A DNA stretch of 55,434 nucleotides, counting the filler, from Squatina squatina (lineage: Eukaryota): NCBI GenBank assembly GCA_031763465.1. It is 3 parts of 3 records of this genome, joined end to end, with 100 filler letters (N's around TTAATTAATTAA, not from the genome) between each part and the next. Parts side by side here need not be neighbours in the genome. Positions count along the whole stretch, not along the records: positions 20,279 to 33,739 come from JARFOE010000162.1; positions 33,840 to 55,434 come from JARFOE010000013.1; 1 more part is not named here. One strand, 5' to 3'. Shown piece by piece: positions 24,247 through 36,036 of the stretch. The notes under the pieces are model-generated. The model worked only from the letters and a program-made list of their open reading frames with translations. It did not search any database and was not told where the DNA came from. A program made the translations under genes and the position numbers. The first letter of the stretch is position 1; every line of letters starts with the position of its first letter.

Positions 24247-25934
24247 CATTCCATGACTTAAATCCAAGTCTAAGCACATTCATTTTTGGGCCATTTGAAT
24301 TCTGGCAGATTTCAAAAGTCATACAGTTAGTGTAAGGGGCCATTTATTTCCATTTTACTTTATATCACACCAGATAAAACAACTAAATTAAAGTAAATGT
24401 AAATCCAAATCTACTCCAGTTAATATTATTTCTAAAAGCATTGGCTTACAAGGGGCCAATGTGTCAATTAGTGTGACACACCTAAATAATTATATTCATT
24501 AAACAGTGCTCAAAGTAAGTCAGTGCAAGCCACTAATTTAAGATCTAGCTCGTAAAGTTGCTCAGGAAAAGAAAGAATTTGTAAAGATCTTTTGATCTGA
24601 GCGTTTTTTTTTTAACCTATTCTTCAACTGAGCAACAGGTTTCTTGCTTATGATCAGCAAGAATCTCATGGACCGAGGTGCCCTTGTCTCATGGTAGATT
24701 TCTCCTGGTAAGGAAACGGTACTGGCAGCATGCATGGAGCTTGCTCCTGGGCAGCCGAATATCTCCTCCCGCATTCCATTGGTGTGGTGCTATGAGGGGA
24801 GGAGGCCAGAGCTCTGGCATGTGCTGCTGCCTTGACAAATAGTATTAGGCAGGTGGAGTCCAGTCGTCATACTTCCCCCGAGCCNNNNNNNNNNNNNNNN
24901 NNNNNNNNNNNNNNNNNNNNNNNNNNNNNNNNNNNNNNNNNNNNNNNNNNNNNNNNNNNNNNNNNNNNNNNNNNNNNNNNNNNNNNNNNNNNNNNNNNNN
25001 NNNNNNNNNNNNNNNNNNNNNNNNNNNNNNNNNNNNNNNNNNNNNNNNNNNNNNNNNNNNNNNNNNNNNNNNNNNNNNNNNNNNNNNNNNNNNNNNNNNN
25101 NNNNNNNNNNNNNNNNNNNNNNNNNNNNNNNNNNNNNNNNNNNNNNNNNNNNNNNNNNNNNNNNNNNNNNNNNNNNNNNNNNNNNNNNNNNNNNNNNNNN
25201 NNNNNNNNNNNNNNNNNNNNNNNNNNNNNNNNNNNNNNNNNNNNNNNNNNNNNNNNNNNNNNNNNNNNNNNNNNNNNNNNNNNNNNNNNNNNNNNNNNNN
25301 NNNNNNNNNNNNNNNNNNNNNNNNNNNNNNNNNNNNNNNNNNNNNNNNNNNNNNNNNNNNNNNNNNNNNNNNNNNNNNNNNNNNNNNNNNNNNNNNNNNN
25401 NNNNNNNNNNNNNNNNNNNNNNNNNNNNNNNNNNNNNNNNNNNNNNNNNNNNNNNNNNNNNNNNNNNNNNNNNNNNNNNNNNNNNNNNNNNNNNNNNNNN
25501 NNNNNNNNNNNNNNNNNNNNNNNNNNNNNNNNNNNNNNNNNNNNNNNNNNNNNNNNNNNNNNNNNNNNNNNNNNNNNNNNNNNNNNNNNNNNNNNNNNNN
25601 NNNNNNNNNNNNNNNNNNNNNNNNNNNNNNNNNNNNNNNNNNNNNNNNNNNNNNNNNNNNNNNNNNNNNNNNNNNNNNNNNNNNNNNNNNNNNNNNNNNN
25701 NNNNNNNNNNNNNNNNNNNNNNNNNNNNNNNNNNNNNNNNNNNNNNNNNNNNNNNNNNNNNNNNNNNNNNNNNCTCATTCACATCTGCTTATTGCAAATC
25801 AGATTGTAAATCATTATTTGGAGTTAATTTGACCTGATTAACCAGTATAAACAGGGCAAACAATTAACAGAGCAGCTCCGAATGTGTGAAATGCTAAACA
25901 CACCGATGGGTTTCCGAGTTCCAATATCCCTTAC

Positions 25935-25999
25935 CTTGCCTTCAATTCCCACTCCACAGTCAGCAGCCTGGATCATGCTGACATCATTTCCTCCATCAC
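25935..25999 (-). CDS. ATP9A: ATP9A internal exon, 65 nt (GDGGND hinge motif)
   Basis: (G)[21 protein letters not shown]; begins with 2 nt of a split codon; flanked by ttgcAG and GTaagg. Confidence 0.95.
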
Positions 26000-26173
26000 C
26001 TGCAATGAAGCATGCATATTTTAGGTCCAAAGTTTTAAACTGGTTCCCACATTATGCACAATGTACTTCTCAGACTCTAGTGCTATAGTATGATTACTGA
26101 GTAGGGCAGTTCATGTTATTCCTATTTAATATTAGGACAAGCTGGAGGACATTTAAGAGGATTGTAGACACTA

Positions 26174-26423
26174 GGGGGGCAAGATTCACCTGCGTCACTT
26201 TGGGGTGGTAGCGGGGTGGGAGCCGGTATTTTTCGTGCTGGCTCCCACCCCACCCGCAGCAGAACTTGCCGTTCGGGGGCGGGAGTGAGGCGCAGTGATA
26301 CTGGCCTCGCTCCCGGGTGGAACTGGGGCGGCCGGCCAGGACATCGCTGGCGTGGCCTCAACGCCAAGTTAGCGATGTCAGCTGCGCCGCGCCAGTATTG
26401 CTGCATGCCAGCAGTGCGGCCAG
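26174..26423 (+). mobile_element. GC-rich dispersed repeat (probable DNA-transposon end), copy 1
   Basis: Colinear with 39621-39890 over ~240 nt; ends at a gap. Confidence 0.8.
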
Positions 26424-26554
26424 NNNNNNNNNNNNNNNNNNNNNNNNNNNNNNNNNNNNNNNNNNNNNNNNNNNNNNNNNNNNNNNNNNNNNNNNNNNNN
26501 NNNNNNNNNNNNNNNNNNNNNNNCCAAACGAAAAGTACCAAAATAAATGCTCAC

Positions 26555-26644
26555 CTCCAGTGAGTCACCAGATATGACCAATGCGCAATCATGTTTCCTT
26601 CTGAAAGCGTTAAGCTCTAAGTGAGCTTCTCCTCGATTGGTAAT
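26555..26644 (-). CDS. ATP9A: ATP9A internal exon, 90 nt
   Basis: [30 protein letters not shown]; flanked by ctttAG and GTgagc. Confidence 0.95.
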
Positions 26645-27344
26645 CTAAAGATAAACACTTCAGTAACAGTACAGATTAACTTCTGAATTACAGCACGTAA
26701 GCCACAACAAGCTGGATCCTCACCACCCAGACACACACATATGAAAACTGGAAACTTGAGGGAGGTAATGAAGGGTACCCAAGCACCCATAGAACCGTAT
26801 CCTGGCAGGAATTCATACCTTCAGGGGATCTGGATGAGACAGAGAATTGGCAAGAACAGAAACAATATACAGAGACCACAGTCGTGTCCTTTATATTGTT
26901 ACTTGTGCTACATTTCTTATGCAATACATACATGTTGATTGAAACAAGTACAAAGAATGACTAAAGATCAAGCCAACTACTTAGCATGTCGCTGACAAAA
27001 CATGTTCCAAACGAGTTGCAGCACTCCTTTTCCTTGAAGATTGAACAACTGCACAGAATTTTGTTTTCTTGCTAATGGTGACATTTCAGCTAAAGTAACA
27101 AGCTACAAATTAGAGGAAACAGGAGGAACAAATTCAGAAAAGTGATTTTTTCCAGTGCCTTTGGTCAGTTTGTTCACTGCAATATTTAGAGAAATTAAAT
27201 ATAGAGGTTTTAGACCTTAACATTTAAAAAGCTAGAAAGTTAAAACAAGGATTGTGATTAACTTTGATGTCTTTTGTTTTGCCTTGCCCCACCCCCCCAT
27301 ATGTAATTAAAAAATATCCATTCTATTTAAACTGTGAGTTCTCT

Positions 27345-27820
27345 GTTGGTGGCTCAATTGGTCACAGCATCGCCTATTTCAGAACTGAGCATACAGACAT
27401 CTCAGCTGATTGGAAGGCAACTCTTGAAATGTAGCTTATTTTCAGTACTAACTGAAGCATCAGCCTAGATTTTGCACTGCAGTGGGGCTTTAACCCACAT
27501 TTTGGACTAAGAAATGTGAGTACTACTGAGCCAAACTAAATTAAATTTCAGACATGGCAGCTGTGAGGGACAACAATTGGCTTCACTATCCTTCAGCCAG
27601 CAGAGGAGCGCAATGATAGGACTAAAGAGAAAAGGCAGCTGCTGATTTCTGTCCATTGATCCCTGTTAGATAGGGTGAATATTTTGATGGTCAGATAGTC
27701 AGACACTGTTTCAGTTCACATATAAAGAATGGCCACTTGGGCAAGGAATCAGAGGTAACCATTATTATCTATGGCGCCATATGTAGCAAAGGTTAGCACC
27801 TTCAGAAGTGGAGGAGGTAA
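27345..27820 (+). mobile_element. Old SINE-like repeat with an inverted tRNA-SINE head inserted at 27461-27537
   Basis: The core gttcacatataaagaatggccacttggg recurs at 32519 (+) and ~31190-31215 (-). The insert reads agtttggctcagtagtactc..gtgggttaaagccccact on the minus strand (A/B-box-like). Confidence 0.5.
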
Positions 27821-27998
27821 AAGTCATGTTTTTTCCCCCCTCCAAGACTTGCAATTACATTTATTGAAAGAGATGCTGATGTTGGAACAGTATTTTGAAA
27901 GGTGCTTATGGTCTTCAGGGTTTCAGAGCTCAGTACCTTCCAATTATTTGGGGATCCAGCAGTGGCAATGACAACCAGGTCATGGTGGAAATACTTAC

Positions 27999-28097
27999 AG
28001 TTCGAAAGATGTGGATGTCTTGGTTCCTGGTTACTAGATGTGCATTTTTTGCCGTACAAGTTGCCGTTTCAAGTTTGTCCCCAGTGAGCATCCACAC
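27999..28097 (-). CDS. ATP9A: ATP9A internal exon, 99 nt (TGDK motif)
   Basis: [33 protein letters not shown]; flanked by ttccAG and GTaagt. Not in the ORF track. Confidence 0.95.
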
Positions 28098-28351
28098 CTG
28101 GAAGAAACAATGTAAAATTTCTAGGAACTATGAGTAATGTCAGCATTCATACAAGTGGTATAGAGTGTGCATCAATACAAAAGTGGCAGTAAACTTAGGA
28201 GACTACCAAGCATACTAAACTCATGAGATGTAAAGCTTCCTCCAGGAGGCAGTCTCACACCAGTTTGAGTTCAGAGTGCAGATTGCAGTATAACTTTAGC
28301 CTTAATTCTACATTTCAGATCACTGACAAAAAACATAAGTGTTTGTGCAAT

Positions 28352-28745
28352 TGCAACAACACTCTGCATTTATATAGCACCTTTAAAGTAGTAAAATATC
28401 CCAAGGCGCTTCACAGGCACGTTATGAAACAAAGTTTGACACCGAGCCACGTAAGGAGCTATTAGGGCAGTTGATCAAAAGCTTTGTCAAAGAGGTAGAT
28501 TTTAAGGAGTGTCTTAAAGAGAGGTAGAGAGGCAGAAAAATTTAGGGAGGGAATTCCAGAGCTGAGGGCCTTGGCAGCTGAAGGCACAGCCATCAAAGGT
28601 GGAGCAATTAAAATTGGGGATGCTCAAGAGGGCAGAATTGGAGGAGCGCAGATATCTGGGAGGTTTGTGGGACTGGAGGAGATTACAGAGATAGGGAGGG
28701 AGGAGGCCATGGAGGGATTTGAAAACAAGGATGAGAATTGATATC
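28352..28745 (-). mobile_element. L2 LINE 3' end
   Basis: ILILVFKSLHGLLPPYLCNLLQ..YLRSS..AFSCQGPQLWNSLP, followed by the L2 3' tail ..aaaggtgctatataaatgca..gttgttg. Confidence 0.9.
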
Positions 28746-30633
28746 AATATCCCTGGATACCCTTACCTAACAAGGTTCAATTGATCTCCACTTTGGAAAT
28801 TTCAATTCACCTAGCATCCACAACCTTTTTCTGGAACAGTTCAAGATGTGTGTGAAAAAGTGCTCCCTGATTTGAGTCCGTTTCGCTTTAAGATTGTTCC
28901 CCTTTGTTCGGATCCCCCCCCACCAGAGGAATTAGTCTCTGTTTTTACCCTACTGAATTCTTTTGTCATGTTAATCATCTCAATTAGATCAGCCTAAACC
29001 CTTTGAAATAAACTCACCTCAATTTGGCTTCCTCTTAAAGTAAATCCATCACACAAGAATGTACTTTGAGACAGCTCAAACAGAACTGACCATACAAATT
29101 GTCGATGCCAGATTCAGTCACATACATTCGGCCCAAATGAGACTGTAACTGTCTGAATTAAAGTTGACATTTGAAAGCAACACAGATTTAAGTAAGTACA
29201 AAGTCCAACGTCAAATAAAGGAAACCTTCAACCCTCCCTGTCTATTCCATCACCCCCCACATGCTGGATTCAAACCCAGAACATCCCAGAAACAAATGAC
29301 TAACACTCCAACAAAATCTGCCATTCACACACAAGAGCCCTCACCAGAGAGTTTCTAAACTTAATCATCGATCGTGGCAAGGGGTGCTGAGGAGAGGTTT
29401 GGAAAAATTAGAAATTACCACTGGCTACTCCTGTGCACTCTTTAGTATTCAGTACAAGACCAGTCTTGGTGGATTACTTGGAAACAAAGTGTCTATTAGC
29501 TTAGATACGGGACAATGTAAAAAAGAAACCAAAAAGTCACAGAAATCACTTTCTTCAATATAAACAGACCAACAGTAATTTCAAAAAAATCACTAATTAT
29601 TGCAAATATCAATTTAAATTGTGAATGGCTATATTGTTGGAAACAGCAGGAGTTCCGATTCTTTAGAAGTAAATGGAGGTTCCATTGTGTTGGTCTGCTA
29701 ACGGAGTGGAACTCTGCAGACGAGAAAGTATTTTAGCTTCTATCAGGCTGCGAGTTTAACTAAATATTGCAGGAAGCTGTTTGCATTTCTGAAGTGTAAT
29801 ATCATTAATCATTTCTGTTTGCCCGAGATTATATTATATGCTCCCGCAGGGAAAGGAAACATTTGTGAGTTCCCAGAATGTATTGCTCTAACAAGTTTAA
29901 AAACAGCAGAGTTCCTCAATTCAGCAGTTTGATGTTTTTGGACGTTTGGCCAGATAAGAGAACTCGGAAACATGAGGCTTATATTAAACACATCACAATT
30001 TAACTCTAACTGGCACGAAGAGTGTCCAAGAAAGATTGACTTTGCCAATCAAGAAACATAATTACTATTCAAAGAGAGTTCTCAAAAAAACGATAATGAG
30101 CTTATTTTGAATAGAGTATTTTTATATTCAATAGTATTTGGAAAATTTTTTTTTTTTGCTTTGTTTTTTATTGAATTGGAACAATTAGTTCCTTCAGCCT
30201 GTAAAAAAATCGAGAATGTATGTACAATTCGCCTATTTCTGAAGAATGAGTGCTGTTTTGTATGACACAAAGTTTAATATTGCAAGTAGAGTAACTGCTA
30301 ATGCTTGTGGGGACAAAATTCTTCATGGTAGGATTACTGAAAAGGTACAGCTTCCGGATTATAGAGGACAAGGTTTGCTTNNNNNNNNNNNNNNNNNNNN
30401 NNNNNNNNNNNNNNNNNNNNNNNNNNNNNNNNNNNNNNNNNNNNNNNNNNNNNNNNNNNNNNNNNNNNNNNNNNNNNNNNNNNNNNNNNNNNNNNNNNNN
30501 NNNNNNNNNNNNNNNNNNNNNNNNNNNNNNNNNNNNNNNNNNNNNNNNNNNNNNNNNNNNNNNNNNNNNNNNNNNNNNNNNNNNNNNNNNNNNNNNNNNN
30601 NNNNNNNNNNNNNNNNNNNNNNNNNNNNNNNNN

Positions 30634-30760
30634 TTAAAATCGAGGCATTGCTTAACCAGGAGCCAATGCAGGATAGCAAGCACAGATGTGATGGGTGAAC
30701 AGGACCAGGTGTGAGTTAGGACATGGTCAGCAGAGTTTTGGATGACCTCAAGTTTACGGA
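30634..30760 (-). mobile_element. L2 LINE fragment
   Basis: HPSHLCLLS / LAILHWLLVKQCLDF, matching the L2 HITP.L..LHWLPV..R..FK region. Confidence 0.7.
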
Positions 30761-30834
30761 ACTTCAGAATTACAATCTTAAGTCAGTCCTGACAGAACTT
30801 TGGCTCTACTGTACGCTGAGGCATGGTTTCTTAC

Positions 30835-31005
30835 CTTTATCCCAGCATTTCTCAGCATCTCCAGGGTAGGCCTGACATCAACCTGCAGCTGGTCCTCCAC
30901 TCCAGTCAGGCAAAGAAGCTCCATTTCCATCTCCAAACTCTCAATAACGGTTGCCACTTTTAGTGACCGATCATGTACACTCAGCTTCGCCTGATTATAA
31001 CGAGT
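30835..31005 (-). CDS. ATP9A: ATP9A internal exon, 171 nt
   Basis: [57 protein letters not shown]; flanked by ttcAG and GTaaga. Confidence 0.95.
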
Positions 31006-31511
31006 CTGAAGAAGAGAGACATTTTTCCATTCATTCATTCATTCTCGCAATAAAGCCACCTGGTAAGATTGATACAACAAAGTCATAGTGGAAGAGGAAA
31101 GTTGCAGTGACTTTAAAAAAAAATCTATTTTCTTCCCCCTTCCAGGATGTTTGCCCCTTGCCAGAGTACAGTTCCAGGGATGTCATCTGGTACCTTACTA
31201 AATGGCCATTATCAACGCGAGTTTTGACAGTGAATGACAGCATGGGAAGCATCACAGCCGAGCCTTTGTCTGTCATCACCCAACATTCACATTTGCACAT
31301 TTCCTGCACTGGTTTATAGATAGCATTCAGGAGCTAGAAAACAGGTTGATTTTTCTTTCTCTCCATAACTCCGGGCATGAGGCTTTAACTCTTAAATTGC
31401 TGGTCTGCACAAAATGGGATCAAACCTAAGCTCTTTCTAATACACTGAATAAACCTACCAAGCCACTGGGGATGCTTTTTGATGAGAGAATCCAAATAGA
31501 GATCTAGTTAC

Positions 31512-31595
31512 CTCAAAATCCTGGTATTGCTCCTCCGTTAGGGACTTTTTGGCGACAACTAGAACTCGAAGTCCTTCTCTGGCCATGTTGCCACA
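31512..31595 (-). CDS. ATP9A: ATP9A internal exon, 84 nt
   Basis: [28 protein letters not shown] (P4-ATPase EGLR.L motif); flanked by ttacAG and GTaact. Not in the ORF track. Confidence 0.95.
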
Positions 31596-32039
31596 CTGTA
31601 ATCAAATAGTAATCAGAACAAGAGAAATGAATCAGATCCTTTATGTTGATTATATTTCTGACAGATAATTTGATAGACTGACAGCACTGGATTCCTCCTA
31701 TTAAAATACCTTATGAAAAAAATCACGTACTTTATTTCAAGACACTTGACATATCACATGCCCTTGATTTGTTCATTGGTTAGGGCCCAGCTACAGTACC
31801 TTGTCTACATCCATATTTTTTCCAGCAAATCTTCAATNNNNNNNNNNNNNNNNNNNNNNNNNNNNNNNNNNNNNNNNNNNNNNNNNNNNNNNNNNNNNNN
31901 NNNNNNNNNNNNNNNNNNNNNNNNNNNNNNNNNNNNNACTGTTCAAAGAAGAGCAGAGAGTTCTTTCAGTGTCCTGGACAACATATTTCCCACAACCGAC
32001 ACTTGCAATAACAAATTAAATAGTCACTTATCTCATTTA

Positions 32040-32150
32040 CTGTATGTTGAATCCTGCTTTGCACACATTGTCTGCTGTGTTTGTCTGCAAAGCAGTGATT
32101 ATATTTCAAAAATAATTCATCGATTGTGGAATGGTTTGGGACATTCTGCA
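32040..32150 (+). mobile_element. Deu-domain/L2-tailed SINE remnant
   Basis: tcctgctttgcacacattgtctgctgtgttt..cagtgattatatttcaaaaataattcat..tttgggacattctg resembles the body of shark Deu-SINEs (recalled consensus). Confidence 0.45.
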
Positions 32151-32722
32151 GACTCCCCTTGTAAGGGGCCAATAATTTTTTAACAAATGCTCATCCTTCA
32201 TTGGGGGTCCAGGACATTTCGATGGCCCAGACTCCCAACCGCCCCAATTGCACCCTTCTGGAGGCTTCCATCTTATGCCAGGCCTCTGACAAGTCTGGGA
32301 AAAGGAAATTCATGACCCAGAAGCCAATTCCTGGATCCATCTCTTTGGCATCACTGGATTTGCAAGAGATGAGTGGAGTTTCTGCCCCTTACAAGACCCA
32401 GTAGAAACTCCCAGTGTAGGCTGGGATCTGGCATATTTGGATCCTGCCCAAATTCCAGGCCATTCCGCCTCACTCTACACCAGAACGGTTACACAATTTT
32501 GTCCCTGTACTGTTTAAAGTTCACATATGAAGAAGATTGGCCACTGGGGTGAGATACTGGTTGATCACTGGCACCTGTGGGACGGGAACCCAACCAAGTA
32601 GTCAAGGCCTTCAAGGGTGATTGCAAAAAGAGAAAGTAAAATGATGAGAAAAGAACAGAGGGAACAAAACAGCACTAGTTAACTCTTAACCATTTATTTT
32701 GATGTCCCTTTTCAAGGCTTAC

Positions 32723-32884
32723 TTTGACAATGATTCCCATGCGCTTGCTCTCATAGGTAAATGGAAACACCTGCAAGATACTGAAGTTCAGAATCTGTCC
32801 TCCGGGTGTCCTCAGCTGCATAGAGGATTGGTCCCGGCCTACAAGAGTCAGGCCTACGCACTCTGTCCACTGCACCAAAGACAC
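32723..32884 (-). CDS. ATP9A: ATP9A (P4-ATPase) internal exon, 162 nt
   Basis: [54 protein letters not shown]; flanked by tttcAG and GTaagc. GRDQSS and FTYESKR match ATP9A rather than ATP9B. Confidence 0.95.
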
Positions 32885-33739
32885 CTGAAACACAACAGGA
32901 ATAGAATATCAGCCAGGCTACTGGAATTCAGAGTTCAAAGGTCACTTAACTGAAGAGTGATGGGGGAGGGATAACTTATTGTTAAGTCGAAGAAAACTAG
33001 TCAACCGTCAGGACCAGGATAACAACACATTTCCTGCAAGATGACCTTGTAATGTAGACAAAGGTCCTTTAATACTATAATTTCCTCAGGGAGAATAAGT
33101 ACAGAAATTATCAGTTCAGATTAGCTGTAGCAACAATACCATACAAATTTAGAGCGTCATGTGCAGTCAGAATATAGGTATAATTATACTACATTATTAT
33201 GCAACCTAGTCAACCAAAATGTATGCACCTGTAATATTGGCAAAACTACTTTAACATCTGTCTGTGGCATTACAAATTTTCAGAATCAGTCGTTAGGAGG
33301 CAGAAACTGTGAAATACAAAATCTCCAAACCACACATCTAGTGGAAAGGATCTCAAATACAATGATAAAAAAAGATCTCTGGCATGCACCTTTGAAATAG
33401 TAGAAGAGAAGTTCAAGGCTGGGCTGTCATCTTGNNNNNNNNNNAGCAGATGTTCACAGCCATTTAAGCTTCATCATCACACTCAATTCAACCAGATCTT
33501 CTTATTTCCAATTATTTTGTAGGTCTTTAGATATCTTTCTTTTGCCTCAAACTGTAGTATTGCAAGTTAAATACCACCACTTAATGTCATGCACAGCAAT
33601 CAGCAGGATTGACTGATTTTATCTGTACCAGTTATCTGCTGATCACGGAGATCAACTCACTTCAACAATTTGCATTACTGACCGACGGCCACTTATAGTT
33701 TTTTTTTTCCAACTACTGCAGCACTGATGGGGCAGCATG

Positions 33740-33839
33740 NNNNNNNNNNNNNNNNNNNNNNNNNNNNNNNNNNNNNNNNNNNNTTAATTAATTAANNNNN
33801 NNNNNNNNNNNNNNNNNNNNNNNNNNNNNNNNNNNNNNN
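33740..33839. other. Artificial scaffold-concatenation spacer
   Basis: Exactly 44 N + TTAATTAATTAA (33784-33795) + 44 N, identical to the first spacer. Confidence 0.95.
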
Positions 33840-35761
33840 TGGGGCATAGCTGGGAGGAAGCACAGGCCACAGGGAAGGAGAGGAGGTGGCTGCATTTATT
33901 GTACCAACCCAGCCCAGGCACCAGCTGCAAATCCATTCACTGCCCACTGGCTGCAGTGATACCTCCTACCATACTTCATATCCTTTTTTCCAGTAACCCA
34001 TCCTGCCCTCCAAAGCCATCAAAGAAATGGACAGCGAAAGGAATAGGGACCCGGCATAGCATCGGTCTGATTAGGAAGAGCTCCCCAACACCAGGTAGAA
34101 TTAGCGCCCACCTAAGATCAAAGAAGAAAATTATTTTTAATAAATACTACAAGTGGCACCCTTACACAACTCTTCCCCTTTTTCCCTTTCCAGGAATGTG
34201 AATTCCGACATTGTTGGGATGTGGGATGGAGTGGGGGGGAGGCGCTGCAATCGCTAAATGCTTGTTCCTTGTGGCCCCTTCCTTTGACTCTGCTAACTTC
34301 AGCAGGTCCGATCCTGTCAAAACTATTGGGATTGCACACCCAAGTAACCTTTAAGCCTTTATCTTTGTATATGACATTGTAGGCATGTGGAAGCCATTGC
34401 TGCTATGATAGCTAAGAGTTCTTGACTGTGATTTTTTTTCCATGATCCCACTTAGAGTCAGACGACTCATGGGGAAGATGAAGGAAGATTCAGGCAGTGA
34501 AACCTACTGCTGCCGCACCAACCAAACTCTATTTCCTTTCCTTCAGAGNNNNNNNNNNCCTGTGATTAACAGCTCATCCGGGCTGGGGAGGGGCCTTCCT
34601 GCGCGTGCGCTCTGCGGACTCGGCCCTGGTTGCCAGGTTACAGCTCCCTGGGGTTTAAAGATGGCGTCGCGCTGGCGGCTGCTGCTATTGGTGGCGGCGG
34701 CAGTGGGCGGGGCTGGTCCGGTGGGAGAGGCGGGGCCTGGGCCTCCCAAGGATTTCTCTCCATTGTGACAGGGCCACCTTGGGGAAGATAATATTTGGCC
34801 CCAGAAAACTTCGGTAAGAGCCTTGCAGTCCCCCGTGGGTCTTTCTGCAGCCCTCAGTTCTGGCCCCCACCTACTTTCTGGTATATGCCTCAGTGTAAGG
34901 CGGCTAATCCTCGGATCTACAGAGCACTTCTGCCCCTTTAGCTGCCCAGCCACTTCTTCTGGTACTGAAGCACTGGTTTCTTTGTAGCACCACAAAGATT
35001 TTATAGCCAGGGAATGCAAGACTCATTTTTGGCAGTGAGAATCGAATTGGGATCCTGCTATACATAGTTGATGAACCACAACTGAAGAAACTGTATTGGG
35101 GTTCTGGTGATATCAGAGGGACGGACAGAACACTGTTGCTGGGAGGACAATCCTGGTCCTTTTGTCTTAGCTTCAGAGCTTGCAGGGAAGGCATAATATA
35201 TATCTCTTGCAACATTGTAGGCAATTATTCCTCTTTAGTATCATCTGGCTAGAGTGTGTGGAGAAAGTTAAGCCCTGTATATTAATGAAAATTTAAATTG
35301 GGCTTGTTAGGTGCATTGTTAAAAAGAAGTGATTGATTTCTGAATGATAAAATGCAAATCCACAGCAAACTGTCTAAAACATAAATCTAATTAATTCAAA
35401 TCTGGTTGGTTGGAATTGTTTGTGGATTCCTTTTAGTCTCTGATCTGCCACTGTAGGCCGCAGGAAGTGGCAGTAGGCCTCAAATAATTCAGAGTGGGCC
35501 AGTTTGATTAATTCAGAAGAATGCTTTTTTTGATCTCCTTTATGCTGGCTTAGACATCAAACAAAGTGAGATATATCTTCAGTTTCCTATCTGCTGTACC
35601 GCTAAATGATTCATTGCTTATAATGGTTTCATGAGGTTCATTTGTCATGTAAGGTCTTTCATTGCAGAATCACGCCAAAAGGTTACTGAAAAAAATGCTA
35701 AAAGTTCAAACTCTTTCATTGTTTAGGACCATTGATTCATAGGATGTTACAGCAAAGGTAC

Positions 35762-36036
35762 AGGGGCCTAATTGGTCTGCTTTAGACCCGTGGTAGCGAC
35801 AAACATTGGCGCTACCCAGACGCTAAAGCAGCGCTAATGTCAATTTTATGAATTTGTAGAATTGGCGCCAGGGATGCCATTGGCGCTGGGGTAAGGCTTG
35901 CACCTTCAAGTCGCGCACCGACCCCACATCGCCGCCCCGCAACCTCCTTTTGCGTCCTTGACGAGCTGCGGCCGCAATTGGGCCACAGCTCACTGACAAG
36001 GCCCACGTCGTTGTCAACGACAGGTTTTACTGTTGT
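35762..36036. mobile_element. GC/CpG-rich DNA-transposon terminal fragment (Harbinger-like)
   Basis: Abrupt start aggggcctaattgg; repeated gcgct/ggcgc motifs as in 43440-43611; ends at a gap. Confidence 0.45.

Noticed and set aside
24790-25809. Long ORFs of 300+ aa, and the many other X-containing ORFs
   Set aside because: They are open only because N runs contain no stop codons.
20281-32884. Assignment to ATP9B
   Set aside because: The residues [24 protein letters not shown] and HRSLCIST match ATP9A as I recall the paralogs.
34559-34805. CpG-rich patch with YY1-like AAGATGGCG and a signal-peptide-like MASRWRLLLLVAAAVGG
   Set aside because: The frame stops after 35 codons with no clear donor. 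The patch is short, abuts a gap and ends in a transposon-like ..atttggcccc terminus, so a repeat is more likely than a gene start.
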